Origin: an uncultured Actinomycetes bacterium | GTDB lineage: Bacteria > Actinomycetota > Thermoleophilia > Gaiellales > Gaiellaceae | Assembly: GCA_963847305.1 (NCBI GenBank) | Contig: CAWJZI010000022.1 | Span: 20,385-84,384 of the forward strand | Reading direction: 5' to 3' | Length of the DNA stretch: 64,000 nucleotides | In this document: in pieces, positions 18,815 to 27,844 of the stretch | Layout of the letters: every line of letters begins with the position of its first letter | How positions within the stretch are numbered: position 1 is the stretch's first letter | Notes under the pieces: model-generated | The model's input: only the letters and a program-made list of their open reading frames with translations | What the model was told of the DNA's origin: nothing | Databases searched by the model: none | Made by a program: the position numbers and the translations under genes

Positions 18815-18847
18815 ACGCTCTGCAAAGAGACGCTAGGAGACGGCTGC
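18815..18847. repeat. 33-bp direct repeat, copy A
   Basis: ACGCTCTGCAAAGAGACGCTAGGAGACGGCTGC matches copy B at 31/33 positions. It contains the TAG stop of the HD-GYP fragment on the minus strand. Confidence 0.9.
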
Positions 18848-19321
18848 CAGCTCGGCGGGCTCGTCCGGAGCGGTGATGCTCAGCCCGAGCGCCTGCTCGA
18901 GCGCCCGGATGCAGCGGGGGCAGAACTGCGCGCCCTCCCCGCGGCGAAGCTCGCCGAGCGCCTCGTCCTCGGTCAGCGCGTGGCGATAGATGCGGGCCGT
19001 CAGCATCGAGTCGAGCGCGTCCGCGACGTGAATGATCCGTGCTCCGAGCGGGATCTCCTCGCCGGAGAGCCCGTCCGGGTAGCCGGAGCCGTCGTACCGC
19101 TCGTGGTGGTGGCGGATCGCCGGCACGGCGTCGGCAAGGAAGCCGAGGCGCTCGATGAGTCGCGCGCCCTCGTCGGCGTGGCCACGCATCAGCCGCCACT
19201 CCTCGGTGTCCAGGCGGGCCGGCTTCATCATGATCGAGTCGGGGATCGCCAGCTTGCCGATGTCGTGGAAGAGCGCTGCGTGTCCGAGCAGGTCGAGCTC
19301 CGCCTTCGAGACGCTCTGCAA
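18833..19321 (-). pseudogene. 5'-truncated HD-GYP domain ORF (c-di-GMP phosphodiesterase family remnant)
   Basis: Starts inside the domain at ...LLGHAALFHDIGKLAIPDSIMMKPARLDTEEW...HHERYDGSGYPDGL...ADALDSMLTARIYR. The first His-containing helix and any sensor or receiver domain are missing. Upstream the frame is only the antisense of murT. Confidence 0.6.
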
Positions 19322-19343
19322 ATAGACACTAGGAGACGGCTGC
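19311..19343. repeat. 33-bp direct repeat, copy B
   Basis: ACGCTCTGCAAATAGACACTAGGAGACGGCTGC, 496 bp from copy A. On the minus strand both copies begin an ORF reading MQSV from a TTG. Confidence 0.9.
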
Positions 19344-19366
19344 GAGGCCTCCAAAGAGGCGCCCTC

Positions 19367-19372
19367 TAGACT
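19367..19372 (+). promoter_or_regulatory. candidate -10 hexamer TAGACT, 7 nt upstream of the murT ATG (leaderless-type)
   Basis: cTAGACTgggccgaATG, with no Shine-Dalgarno sequence. The same hexamer lies 6 nt before the ribokinase GTG at 46437. Confidence 0.35.
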
Positions 19373-19379
19373 GGGCCGA

Positions 19380-20744
19380 ATGCGACTTGCGCTCGAAATG
19401 GCGGTTGCCAGGCTTGCCGGGCGCCTTTCCCGCCTGGCCGGACGAGGCGGCGGAACCACCCTTCCGGGCAAGGTGCTCGCCACGATCGACCCGGGCGCGG
19501 TGTCGACGCTGGCGGCCCGGCTCCCGCTCGGGACGGCGGTCGTCTCGGCCACGAACGGCAAGACGACGACCGCCTCGCTGGTCGCCGGAATCCTCTCACC
19601 GCGAATCCGGCTGGCGCACAACAGCTCCGGAGCGAACCTCGTTTCCGGGGTCGCCTCCACGCTGCTGGCGGCAGACGGCGCCGAGCTCGGGCTCTTCGAG
19701 GTGGACGAGGGCGCGTTCCCGGACATCGCCGCTCGCGTCCGGCCGCGGGCGGTCTGCCTCGGCAACCTGTTCCGCGACCAGCTCGACCGCTACGGCGAGC
19801 TCGAACGGATCGCGGAGCGCTGGCGGGAGGCTGTCCGTGCGCTTCCGGCCGGTTCGAGGCTCGTCGTCAACGCAGACGACCCGCAGGTGGGCGATCTCGC
19901 GACCGAGCGGCCGGAGGCGACGACGTTCGGCGTCGACGATCCCGCGCAGGCGAGGCCGTCTCTCCAGCACGCCGCCGACTCGAAGTACTGCCTGCGCTGC
20001 GGCACGCCCTACGCATATGCAGCGGCCTACGTCGGCCATCTCGGAGACTACCGGTGCCCGCACTGCGGTCACGGGCGTCCGCCCCTCGCCGTTTCGGCCC
20101 GCGCGATCGAGCTCACCGGGCTCGACGCCGCCTCCTTCGACCTGGTCACGCCGGAGGGGACGCGGCGCGTCAGGCTCGCCCTGCCCGGGCTCTACAACGT
20201 CTACAACGCCCTTGCCGCCGCCGCCCTCGCGCGCGAGCTGGGCGCGAGCCTGGACGAGATCGAGGCGGGGCTCGCCGGCGCGCGACCGGCGTTCGGGCGC
20301 TTCGAACGGATCGCGGTCGGCGACAGGACCGTGCTCCTGCTCCTGATCAAGAACCCTGCCGGGGCGAACGAGGCCGTGCGGACGCTGGTCGCGGGCGGCG
20401 CGCCGTCGCTCGCGGTGATCGCGCTGAACGACGCGATCGCCGACGGGCGCGACGTGTCCTGGATCTGGGACGTCGACTTCGAGCCGCTCCTGGAAAGCCT
20501 CGAGCGCCTCGTGGTCACCGGCGGGCGGGCGGCGGAGCTGGCCGTTCGCTGCAAGTACGGCGGGCTCGACGCCTCTGCGATCGAGGTCGTCCCGGACCTC
20601 GAGCGCGCGCTCGACCGCGGGCTGGAGCTCACACCGCCCGGCGGTGTCTTGACCGTCCTCCCCACCTACACGGCGATGCTCGCGCTCCGGCGCGTGCTCG
20701 CGCGTCGCGGCAGCGTGCCGCAGTACTGGGAGCGCGCAGCGTGA
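19380..20744 (+). CDS. murT: lipid II isoglutaminyl synthase, Mur ligase-like subunit
   Basis: 454 aa. Contains TNGKTTT, the Cys4 ribbon CLRCG...CPHCG, and a C-terminal DUF1727-like domain (NDAIADGRDVSWIWDVDFE). Confidence 0.9.
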   Translation: MRLALEMAVARLAGRLSRLAGRGGGTTLPGKVLATIDPGAVSTLAARLPLGTAVVSATNGKTTTASLVAGILSPRIRLAHNSSGANLVSGVASTLLAADGAELGLFEVDEGAFPDIAARVRPRAVCLGNLFRDQLDRYGELERIAERWREAVRALPAGSRLVVNADDPQVGDLATERPEATTFGVDDPAQARPSLQHAADSKYCLRCGTPYAYAAAYVGHLGDYRCPHCGHGRPPLAVSARAIELTGLDAASFDLVTPEGTRRVRLALPGLYNVYNALAAAALARELGASLDEIEAGLAGARPAFGRFERIAVGDRTVLLLLIKNPAGANEAVRTLVAGGAPSLAVIALNDAIADGRDVSWIWDVDFEPLLESLERLVVTGGRAAELAVRCKYGGLDASAIEVVPDLERALDRGLELTPPGGVLTVLPTYTAMLALRRVLARRGSVPQYWERAA

Positions 20745-21495
20745 GTCCGTCGTCCGGATCGGCCACCTCTATCCCGACTACCTGAACATCTACGCCGATC
20801 GCGGGAACATGGCGGTCTTCGCGCGCCGCGCCGCGGCCCGCGGCCTCGAGCTCGAGGTGAGCGCCATCGGGATCGGGGAGCCGGTCAGGGCCGGGGAACA
20901 CGACCTCTACTACGTCGGCGGCGGACAGGACCGCGAGCAGGCGCTGATCGCAGACGACCTGGCCGCGAAGGGCGAAGGGCTTCGCGAGGGGGTCGCCGGT
21001 GGCGCCGCGGCACTCGCCGTCTGCGGCGGCTACCAACTCTTCGGCCGCTTCTACCGCGACCGCTACGGCGGCGACCTCCCGGGCGCCGGCGTGTTCCCGC
21101 TGGAGACCTACGCGGGCGAGCGGCGGATGATCGGCGATGTCCTGCTCGAGTGCTCCTTTACGGGCGAGGAGCGGACGCTCGCCGGGTTCGAGAACCACGC
21201 CGGGCGCACCGTCCTCGACGAGCGCGCCGAGCCGCTCGGACGCGTGGTCGCCGGGTTCGGGAACGACGGCCAGAGCGGCTACGAGGGCTGTCGCGTCGGC
21301 CGCGCGGTCGGCACGTACCTGCACGGGCCGCTGCTCCCGCGCAACCCCTGGCTCGCCGATTGGCTGCTGGCGCAGGCGGCGGCGCACAGCACGGGCGGCG
21401 AGCCGCCGGTCTTCGAGCCGCTGGACGACGAGCTCGAGGCGCAGGCGCATGCGGTTTCGGCTGCTCGGGCGAAGGCCCGCGGCGGTCGCTACTGA
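20741..21495 (+). CDS. gatD: lipid II isoglutaminyl synthase, glutaminase subunit; frameshift just after the start as sequenced
   Basis: GTG 20741 overlaps the murT stop (GTGA). The conserved N-terminus VVRIGHLYPDYLNIYADRGN is in the next frame. Catalytic CGGYQL and the downstream HG motif are present. Confidence 0.8.
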
Positions 21496-21499
21496 GGGA

Positions 21500-21952
21500 C
21501 TAGGGCGCCCAGAGCGGCCCGAGGTACACGATCGGGTCGCCGGGCCGCCAGCGCGCCAGAAAGCGCTGGATCGGCGGGTGCAGCACGATCTCGTCCAGCT
21601 CGTTCAGCCCGAAGAGCCGGTGGCCGCGCACTGCAGCGTCGGCGGAGGTGACGGCTTCCAGAGACCGCCCGCCCAGGTCGCCGGAGAAGATGATGTGGAC
21701 GACGTGCTTGGCGGAGGCGAACCGCGCCGGCGCGATCGAGTCGACGATCGCGATCGGTCCCTCGAACGGCACGTCATGGATCCCGACCTCCTCGGCGAGC
21801 TCGCGGCGTAGCGCGTCCAGCAGCGACTCGCCCGAGTTCACGCCCCCGCCGGGCAGCAGCCAGTACTCCTTCCCCGGCTTCTCGTGGCGGCAGAGCAGAA
21901 TGCGGTCGCGCCACGCCAGCAGCGCCGAGACCCGGATCCGCGGTTCGCTCAC
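21500..21952 (-). CDS. NUDIX hydrolase
   Basis: Nudix box [23 protein letters not shown]. 150 aa. Confidence 0.85.
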   Translation of the reverse strand: MSEPRIRVSALLAWRDRILLCRHEKPGKEYWLLPGGGVNSGESLLDALRRELAEEVGIHDVPFEGPIAIVDSIAPARFASAKHVVHIIFSGDLGGRSLEAVTSADAAVRGHRLFGLNELDEIVLHPPIQRFLARWRPGDPIVYLGPLWAP

Positions 21953-22018
21953 GCTACGCTCCGCTCCGGTGCCGGCAAAGCCGCCACCTGCGCTCTCTTA
22001 GTGGGCACTCCGTCAAGC

Positions 22019-22459
22019 CTACGGCCCATGCCCCGACGAGCCGAAGCCGCCCGTGCCGCGCTCGCTCGGCGGCAGCTCGTCGACCTCGCGCAGCTCCGAC
22101 TCCGGGACCGCGACCACGACGAGCTGGGCGATTCTCATCCCCGGCTCGACGACGAAGGTGGCCCGCCCGTCCGTATTGTGAAGAATGACACGAAGCTCGC
22201 CTCGATAGCCGGAGTCGACCAGCCCCGGCGTATTCACGATCGTGATCCCGTGCTCGGCGGCGAGGCCCGACCGCGGCGTGACGAGGCCGGCGTGACCGGC
22301 CGGGATCGCGACCGCGATCCCCGTGCCGACGAGCGCGCGCGCCCCCGGTCCGAGCTCGTGACGCTCGCACGCGACCAGATCCAGCCCGGCGTCGCCGGCG
22401 TAGGCGCGCCCCGGCAGGACGGCGTCATCCCGCAGCCGCGTCACCGGAATCTCGATCAC
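22019..22459 (-). CDS. dut: dUTP diphosphatase
   Basis: AGDAGLDL, PRSGLA, GLVDSGYRGE and GFGSSG motifs. The GTGA overlaps the hflX stop. Confidence 0.9.
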   Translation of the reverse strand: MIEIPVTRLRDDAVLPGRAYAGDAGLDLVACERHELGPGARALVGTGIAVAIPAGHAGLVTPRSGLAAEHGITIVNTPGLVDSGYRGELRVILHNTDGRATFVVEPGMRIAQLVVVAVPESELREVDELPPSERGTGGFGSSGHGP

Positions 22460-23736
22460 GCCGCGACGAGGAAGCGCGCGAAGCGCTTGACGTCGCGCTC
22501 CGGCAGACGCGCGCGGATCAGCACCCCGTCCTCGCGGTCCTCGCGCGACTCGATCGGCGGCCCGAGCGCGTACAGCTCCGCGAGCTTCCCGCCCTCCTCG
22601 TACGGAACGAGCAGCTCGACGAGCTCGTAGCGGTCCTCGAACCGCTGCGCGATCCGCCCCCGCAGGGCGTCCATGCCTTCCCCGGTCCGTGCCGACACCT
22701 GCAGGGACTCGGGGAAGCGGTTCGCGAGCCGGCGGCGGTGCAGCGAGTCGACGGCGTCGATCTTGTTCAGGACGAGCTCGACCGGGAGCTCGGTCGCGCC
22801 GATCTCCTCGAGCACCGCGTTGACCGCGGCCAGCTGCTCCTCCAGCCGTTCCTCCGGCGCGGACGCATCGGCGACGTGGAGGACGAGGTCGGCGACGAGC
22901 GTCTCTTCGAGCGTCGCCGCGAACCCCTCGACGAGCTGCGTCGGCAGGCGGCGGATGAAGCCCACGGTGTCGGTCACGAGATAGCGCCGACCCTCGTACT
23001 CGAAGCCGCGGGTGGTCGGATCGAGCGTCTCGAAGAGGCGGTTGTCGACCGACGCTCCCGCCCCGGTCAGCGCGTTCAGGAGCGTCGACTTGCCGACGTT
23101 GGTGTAGCCGGCGAGCGCGATCGTCGGCGTCTGCGAGCGGCGCCGCTGCTTCCGACGCGTCTCGCGCTGCTTGCCGAGCTCCTCCAACCGCTCCTTCAGG
23201 AGCGAGACGCGGCGCCGGGCGAGCCGGCGGTCGGTCTCGAGCTGCGATTCGCCGGGGCCGCGCGTTCCGACGCCGCCGCCGAGCCGCTCGAGGTGCTGCC
23301 ACATGCCTCGCATGCGCGGGAGGTTGTACTCGAGCTGGGCGAGCTCGACCTGGAGCTTGCCCTCGGCGCTGCGCGCATGCTGGGCGAAGATGTCGAGGAT
23401 CAGCTGCGTGCGGTCGACGACGCGCGCCTGGAGGAGGTTCTCGAGCTGGCGCTGCTGGGAGGGCGCGAGCTCATCGTCGACGAGCAGCGACTCGGCGCCG
23501 GACTCGGCGTAGGCGTGCTTCAGCTCCTCGAGCTTCCCCTTGCCGACGTACGTGCGCGGGTCCGGGCGGGCGCGGCTCTGGACGAGCTCGGAGACGGGCT
23601 CGACGCCGGCCGTGCGCGCAAGCTCCCGGATCTCAGCGAGCTCCTCCGCGGGATCGGCCCTCTTGCCCACCACGGCGACGACGAACCCACGCTCCGGATC
23701 CGCCCCGGGGGCGGGATCGGGCTGGCGATGGGTCAC
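22456..23736 (-). CDS. hflX: GTPase HflX
   Basis: 426 aa with an HflX N-terminal domain. GTPase motifs G1 GYTNVGKST, G3 DTVGF and G4 NKID. Confidence 0.95.
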   Translation of the reverse strand: MTHRQPDPAPGADPERGFVVAVVGKRADPAEELAEIRELARTAGVEPVSELVQSRARPDPRTYVGKGKLEELKHAYAESGAESLLVDDELAPSQQRQLENLLQARVVDRTQLILDIFAQHARSAEGKLQVELAQLEYNLPRMRGMWQHLERLGGGVGTRGPGESQLETDRRLARRRVSLLKERLEELGKQRETRRKQRRRSQTPTIALAGYTNVGKSTLLNALTGAGASVDNRLFETLDPTTRGFEYEGRRYLVTDTVGFIRRLPTQLVEGFAATLEETLVADLVLHVADASAPEERLEEQLAAVNAVLEEIGATELPVELVLNKIDAVDSLHRRRLANRFPESLQVSARTGEGMDALRGRIAQRFEDRYELVELLVPYEEGGKLAELYALGPPIESREDREDGVLIRARLPERDVKRFARFLVAA

Positions 23737-23751
23737 GGGAGGATTCTAATG

Positions 23752-23790
23752 CCGATGGGGGGCCGCCCCCGGGCGGGCGGCCCCCATCGG
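23752..23790 (-). terminator. GC-rich hairpin downstream of the secreted repeat protein gene
   Basis: CCGATGGGGG(G)CCGCCC / GGGCGGCCCCCATCGG, a 16-bp stem with one bulge. No U-tract, which is usual for high-GC genomes. Confidence 0.55.
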
Positions 23791-23806
23791 ACTTGGTTCG
23801 GCGGAC

Positions 23807-24663
23807 TTACTGGTGGAGGTTGACGTCCACCGACACGAGCCGGTAGCCCGTGACGCCGCCGAGAACGTTCTCACCGGACTTCCGCGCCCTGAGGAACATG
23901 GCGAGGATGCCCTGCTTGCTGTTGACCGGGAAGTTGCTCAGCCGCTGGAAGTTCAGCGACGCCCAGCCGGTCGAGTCGGTCGGCTGCTCCTCGATCGTGA
24001 ACTGGTTGAACGGCGTACCGGTGCCGTAGACCAGCGCACCCTGGACGTCGCCGCCGCACGGCGAGGTCGAGGTGATGTGCACGCGGAGCTGGAAGTTCTG
24101 CGTGCCCGAGGTCAGAACCCGCGGGTTCGACTCGAACTTGTCGATGACGAGCTTCGTCGGCAGCGACATCTGCGCGATCTGCTTCGGGTTACCCGCCGGG
24201 CAACCGTTCGAGGCCGACGGCGTGGTCGTCGTTGTCGGCGGCGCCGCCGCCTTCTGGATCACGGCCGTCGGCACCGAGGTGGCCGTCGTCTTGCCGTCGG
24301 CGTTCTTCGCGATCACGCGGAAGCGGAGCGTGTTGCCGACGTCGGCCGACGTCAGCGTGTACTTCGTCGCGTGCGCGGCCGCTGATCACGGCGCAGCTGC
24401 CGCCGTGTCTTGCCGCAGCGGAGCCACGCGTAGTCGTAATCGGTCGGGTTGTTCGACCAGTCGCCGCGATCGCCGGTCAGCGTCTTGCCTTCCTGCGGCG
24501 TACCGGAGACGACCGGCGGATTGACGACGTGGGGCTTGTCCTTGCTCGCGGCGATGCCTGCGCCTGCGAAGAGCGTGAACGCGGACACGACGACCGTCGC
24601 GATGCCCGCGCCGAAGACGCCTCCAACGAGCAGCAACCCCTTTTTCTTCGGTGTGGACTTCAT
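23807..24663 (-). CDS. secreted protein with Ig-like repeat module; two frameshifts as sequenced
   Basis: ATG 24663 with a GAAGGGAG Shine-Dalgarno sequence. Signal/TM: MKSTPKKKGLLLVGGVFGAGIATVVV. The repeat VSGTPQEGKTLTGDRGDWSNNPTDYDYAWLRCGKT / GGSCAVISG / AAHATKYTLTSADVGNTLRFRVIAKNADGKTT is spread over three frames between 24375 and 24408. Confidence 0.6.
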
Positions 24664-24779
24664 TGCAAGAACTCCCTTCTTCGTACTGCGATTGGTTCTT
24701 GGATGCCCCGCCGTGGAGCGGAAAAACGGGTTTCCAAGAACGCTTACAAGCGGCGAACGGCGGGCTAACCTCCAACTCC

Positions 24780-25823
24780 GTGGCCACAGATCTCGCACGC
24801 CGCACGCTGGAGCTGGTGAACATCCCGTCCCCGAGCCGTTCGGAGCAGGCGCTGCTCGCGCACGTGAACGACGCGGTGTCGCTTCCGCTCACCTACGCGA
24901 CCGACGAGGCGCTGCTGTTCGCGACGCCGCGGTCGGGGCGCCCGCTCGTCCTGCTCGCCGGGCACCTGGACACGGTGCCGGAGCAGGGAAATCTCCCCGG
25001 CCGGATCGAGGACGGCTGGGTCGCCGGCCTGGGCGCCAGCGACATGAAGGGCGGCGTGGCGGTGATGATCGAGCTTGCGAACTGGGCGGCGGCCGGCCCT
25101 GCCCTGGAGCACGATCTCGCCTTTCTCTTCTTCGTTCGCGAGGAGCTGCCCGCCGACGAGAGCGCCCTGCCCCGCGTCTTCGCCGAAGCGCCGCTCGTGC
25201 TCGAATCGGATCTCGTCGTCATGCTCGAGCCGACCGACGGCGAGATCCATGCCGGCTGTCTCGGGAACCTGAACGCGACGCTCGTCTTTCGCGGCGAAAG
25301 CGCCCACTCGGCTCGCCCGTGGCAGGGCGTGAACGCGATCGCGCTCGCGGTCGAGGGGCTCGCCCCGGTGGTGGCAGTGCCGCCGCTCGAGGTCGAGGTC
25401 GGCGGCCTCACCTTCGTGGAGGTGCTGAGCGCGACGCAGATCCACGGCGGCGTCGCCGACAACGTCGTCCCGGACAGTGTCGAGGTGCGCTTGAACTACC
25501 GCTATGCGCCGAACCGCACGCAGGAGGAAGCGGCGGCCCGGCTGCGCGAGCTCGTCGGCGCCGACGTCGAGATCACCGGCAACTCCCCGCCCGCGCACGT
25601 CGCCGCCGAGTCGCCGCTCGTCCGCAGCCTCCGCGACGCGGGCGGCCTCGCGGTCGCGCCGAAGCAGGCATGGACGCCCGTCGCCGAGTTCGCGGCGCAG
25701 GGGCTCGACGCGGTCAACTTCGGCCCCGGCGCCACCCGCTACGCCCACCGCCGCGACGAGCGGGTCGAGATCGCGGCCCTCGAACGCTGCTACGAGGCGC
25801 TGCGCGCGTTTGTGAGCGGCTAG
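24780..25823 (+). CDS. dapE: succinyl-diaminopimelate desuccinylase (M20 peptidase family)
   Basis: Metal-site motifs LLAGHLDTVP, ASDMKGG and VREE. The GTG at 24780 gives a 347-aa actinobacterial-type DapE. Confidence 0.85.
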   Translation: MATDLARRTLELVNIPSPSRSEQALLAHVNDAVSLPLTYATDEALLFATPRSGRPLVLLAGHLDTVPEQGNLPGRIEDGWVAGLGASDMKGGVAVMIELANWAAAGPALEHDLAFLFFVREELPADESALPRVFAEAPLVLESDLVVMLEPTDGEIHAGCLGNLNATLVFRGESAHSARPWQGVNAIALAVEGLAPVVAVPPLEVEVGGLTFVEVLSATQIHGGVADNVVPDSVEVRLNYRYAPNRTQEEAAARLRELVGADVEITGNSPPAHVAAESPLVRSLRDAGGLAVAPKQAWTPVAEFAAQGLDAVNFGPGATRYAHRRDERVEIAALERCYEALRAFVSG

Positions 25824-25832
25824 CGTTCGGCC

Positions 25833-26975
25833 GTGCCGCTCTCGCCCGTCCTGTCCGCCCAGGGGACGTATCCATTCGTCCGGATCGAGCGCGCCAAGCG
25901 CGAAGCTGCCGAGGCGGGCATCGAGATCCTCGACTTCGGACAGGGCGACCCGCGCGAGCCGACCGACCCGGCGATCCGCCAGGCGCTCGTCGACGGGCTC
26001 CAGGAACGGATGGGCTATCCGAAGGCGGAAGGCCTGCCCGAGCTGCGCACGGCGATCGCCGGCTGGTTCGAGCGACGGTTCGGGGTCGCGCTCGACCCGG
26101 ACACGGAGGTGATCCCGACCTACGGGAGCAAGGAGGCGATCTTCAGCTTCGCGCAGGTCGCCGTCGACCCGTCCAGCGCGAAGGACACGGTCGTCGTGAC
26201 GGATCCGGGCTACCCCGTGCCGGCCAGGGGCGCGGCGTTCGCGGGAGCGCGGGTCGAGTCGCTGCCACTGCTCGAGGAGAACGGCTTCCTCCCCGACCTC
26301 GAGGCCGTCGAGGACTGGGCGCGGATCGCGCTCTTCTGGGTCAACTACCCGAACAACCCGACGGGCGCGACCGCGACGCTGTCCTTCTTCGAGCAGCTGA
26401 GCGAGCTCGCGCGCGAGCACGACTTCCTGCTCTGCTCCGACGAGGCCTACAGCGAGCTCTGGTTCACGGAGCCGCCGTGTTCCGCACTCCAGGTCGCCGA
26501 CCGCGCGAACGTCGTCGTCTTCCAGACGCTCTCGAAGCGCTCCTCGATGACGGGCTACCGGTCCGGGTTCGTCGCGGCCTCTCCGGAGATCGTCTCGGCA
26601 TTGAAGACGTATCGGCCCTCCACCGGAGCGGCGCCGCAGGAGTTCGTGCAGCGGGCTTCCATCGTCGCGTGGAACGACGAGGAGCACGTTTCGCGGACGC
26701 GCGAGGCGTACCGGCGGAAGCGCGAGGTCTTCCTGCCGGTGCTCGAGCGGAAGGGCTGGCGGGTCGCGGCGAGCGAGGCGACGATGTACCTCTGGGTCGA
26801 GGTGCCGGGCGGCGAGAGCTCCGAATCGGCGGCCGAGCGGCTGCTGGCGCACGGCGTCGTCGTCGCCCCGGGCGCGTACCTCGGGGCCGCGGGCGAGGGC
26901 TACGTGCGGCTCGCGCTGGTGCCGACGCTCGCCGAGTGTGAGCGCGCCGCCGGCATTCTCGAGGAGATCCTTTGA
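25833..26975 (+). CDS. dapC: class I/II aminotransferase, N-succinyldiaminopimelate aminotransferase-like
   Basis: NYPNNPTG, the SKRSSMTGYRSG PLP-lysine motif, and its position between dapE and dapD. Confidence 0.75.
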   Translation: MPLSPVLSAQGTYPFVRIERAKREAAEAGIEILDFGQGDPREPTDPAIRQALVDGLQERMGYPKAEGLPELRTAIAGWFERRFGVALDPDTEVIPTYGSKEAIFSFAQVAVDPSSAKDTVVVTDPGYPVPARGAAFAGARVESLPLLEENGFLPDLEAVEDWARIALFWVNYPNNPTGATATLSFFEQLSELAREHDFLLCSDEAYSELWFTEPPCSALQVADRANVVVFQTLSKRSSMTGYRSGFVAASPEIVSALKTYRPSTGAAPQEFVQRASIVAWNDEEHVSRTREAYRRKREVFLPVLERKGWRVAASEATMYLWVEVPGGESSESAAERLLAHGVVVAPGAYLGAAGEGYVRLALVPTLAECERAAGILEEIL

Positions 26976-27721
26976 GCGACGTCGAGGCGACGATCGCGGC
27001 GCTCGACCGGGGCGAGATCCGGGTCGCCGAGCGCGTCGGAGACGACTGGATCGTCAACGAGGAGGCGAAGCAGGCGATCCTCGACTACTTCCGCCTCCGG
27101 CAGATGGAGCCGATCGAGCTCGGGCCGTTCGAGTACCGGGACAAGATCCCGCTCAAGCACGACTACGCGTCGCAGGGCGTGCGCGTGGTGCCGCCTGCGG
27201 TCGCGCGCTACGGGTCGTTCCTGTCGGAGGACGTCGTGATGATGCCGAGCTACGTGAACATCGGCGCCTGGGTCGGCCCGCGGACGATGATCGACACGTG
27301 GGCGACCGTCGGCTCGTGCGCCCAGATCGGAGCGGACGTCCACCTGGCCGGCGGCGTCGGGATCGGCGGAGTGCTCGAGCCCGTGAACGCGCGACCCGTC
27401 GTGATCGAGGACGGCGCGTTCATCGGGTCCCGCTGCATCGTCACGGAGGGCGTGCGCGTCGGCGAGGGCGCGGTGCTGGGACCGTTGGTCGCGCTGACGG
27501 CGACCGTGCCGATCATCGACGTCACCGGGCCCGAGCCCGTGGAGCACCGCGGCTATGTGCCGCCGCGGTCGGTCGTCGTCCCCGGCACGCGGCCGAAGGA
27601 GTTTCCGGCCGGGACGTTTCAGCTCGGGTGCGCGCTGATCATCGGCCGGCGGAGCGAGTCGACGGATCTGCGCGTGTCGCTGAACGACGCGCTGCGCGAG
27701 TACGGAATCTCCGCGGGCTAG
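26972..27721 (+). CDS. dapD: 2,3,4,5-tetrahydropyridine-2,6-dicarboxylate N-succinyltransferase
   Basis: Hexapeptide-repeat core SYVNIGAWVGPRTMIDTWATVGSCAQIGADVHLAGGVGIGGVLEP. 249 aa. Confidence 0.9.
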   Translation: MSDVEATIAALDRGEIRVAERVGDDWIVNEEAKQAILDYFRLRQMEPIELGPFEYRDKIPLKHDYASQGVRVVPPAVARYGSFLSEDVVMMPSYVNIGAWVGPRTMIDTWATVGSCAQIGADVHLAGGVGIGGVLEPVNARPVVIEDGAFIGSRCIVTEGVRVGEGAVLGPLVALTATVPIIDVTGPEPVEHRGYVPPRSVVVPGTRPKEFPAGTFQLGCALIIGRRSESTDLRVSLNDALREYGISAG

Positions 27722-27844
27722 AGCCGCAGCGTAGGTCCCATCCCTAACGCCGCCACCCACCCGGGGAAGAACTCGCGGCCGCGGACGATCCTAGGGCGCA
27801 AGCGCGAAGCGGCCGTGACGCTGTCCGTGCCGAAAGGTTCGCGC

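Noticed and set aside
18057-19343. Calling the HNH-repeat gene plus the repeat-flanked HD-GYP fragment a mobile element
   Set aside because: There is no integrase, transposase, nuclease domain or terminal inverted repeats, only a 33-bp direct repeat and AT-rich DNA. It is reported as a finding, not annotated as a mobile element.
24449-26941. 830-aa plus-strand ORF, together with the 695-aa minus-strand ORF 24765..26852
   Set aside because: Both overlap dapE and dapC in alternative or antisense frames and translate to Arg/Gly/Ala-rich low complexity. The dapE and dapC frames carry the conserved motifs.
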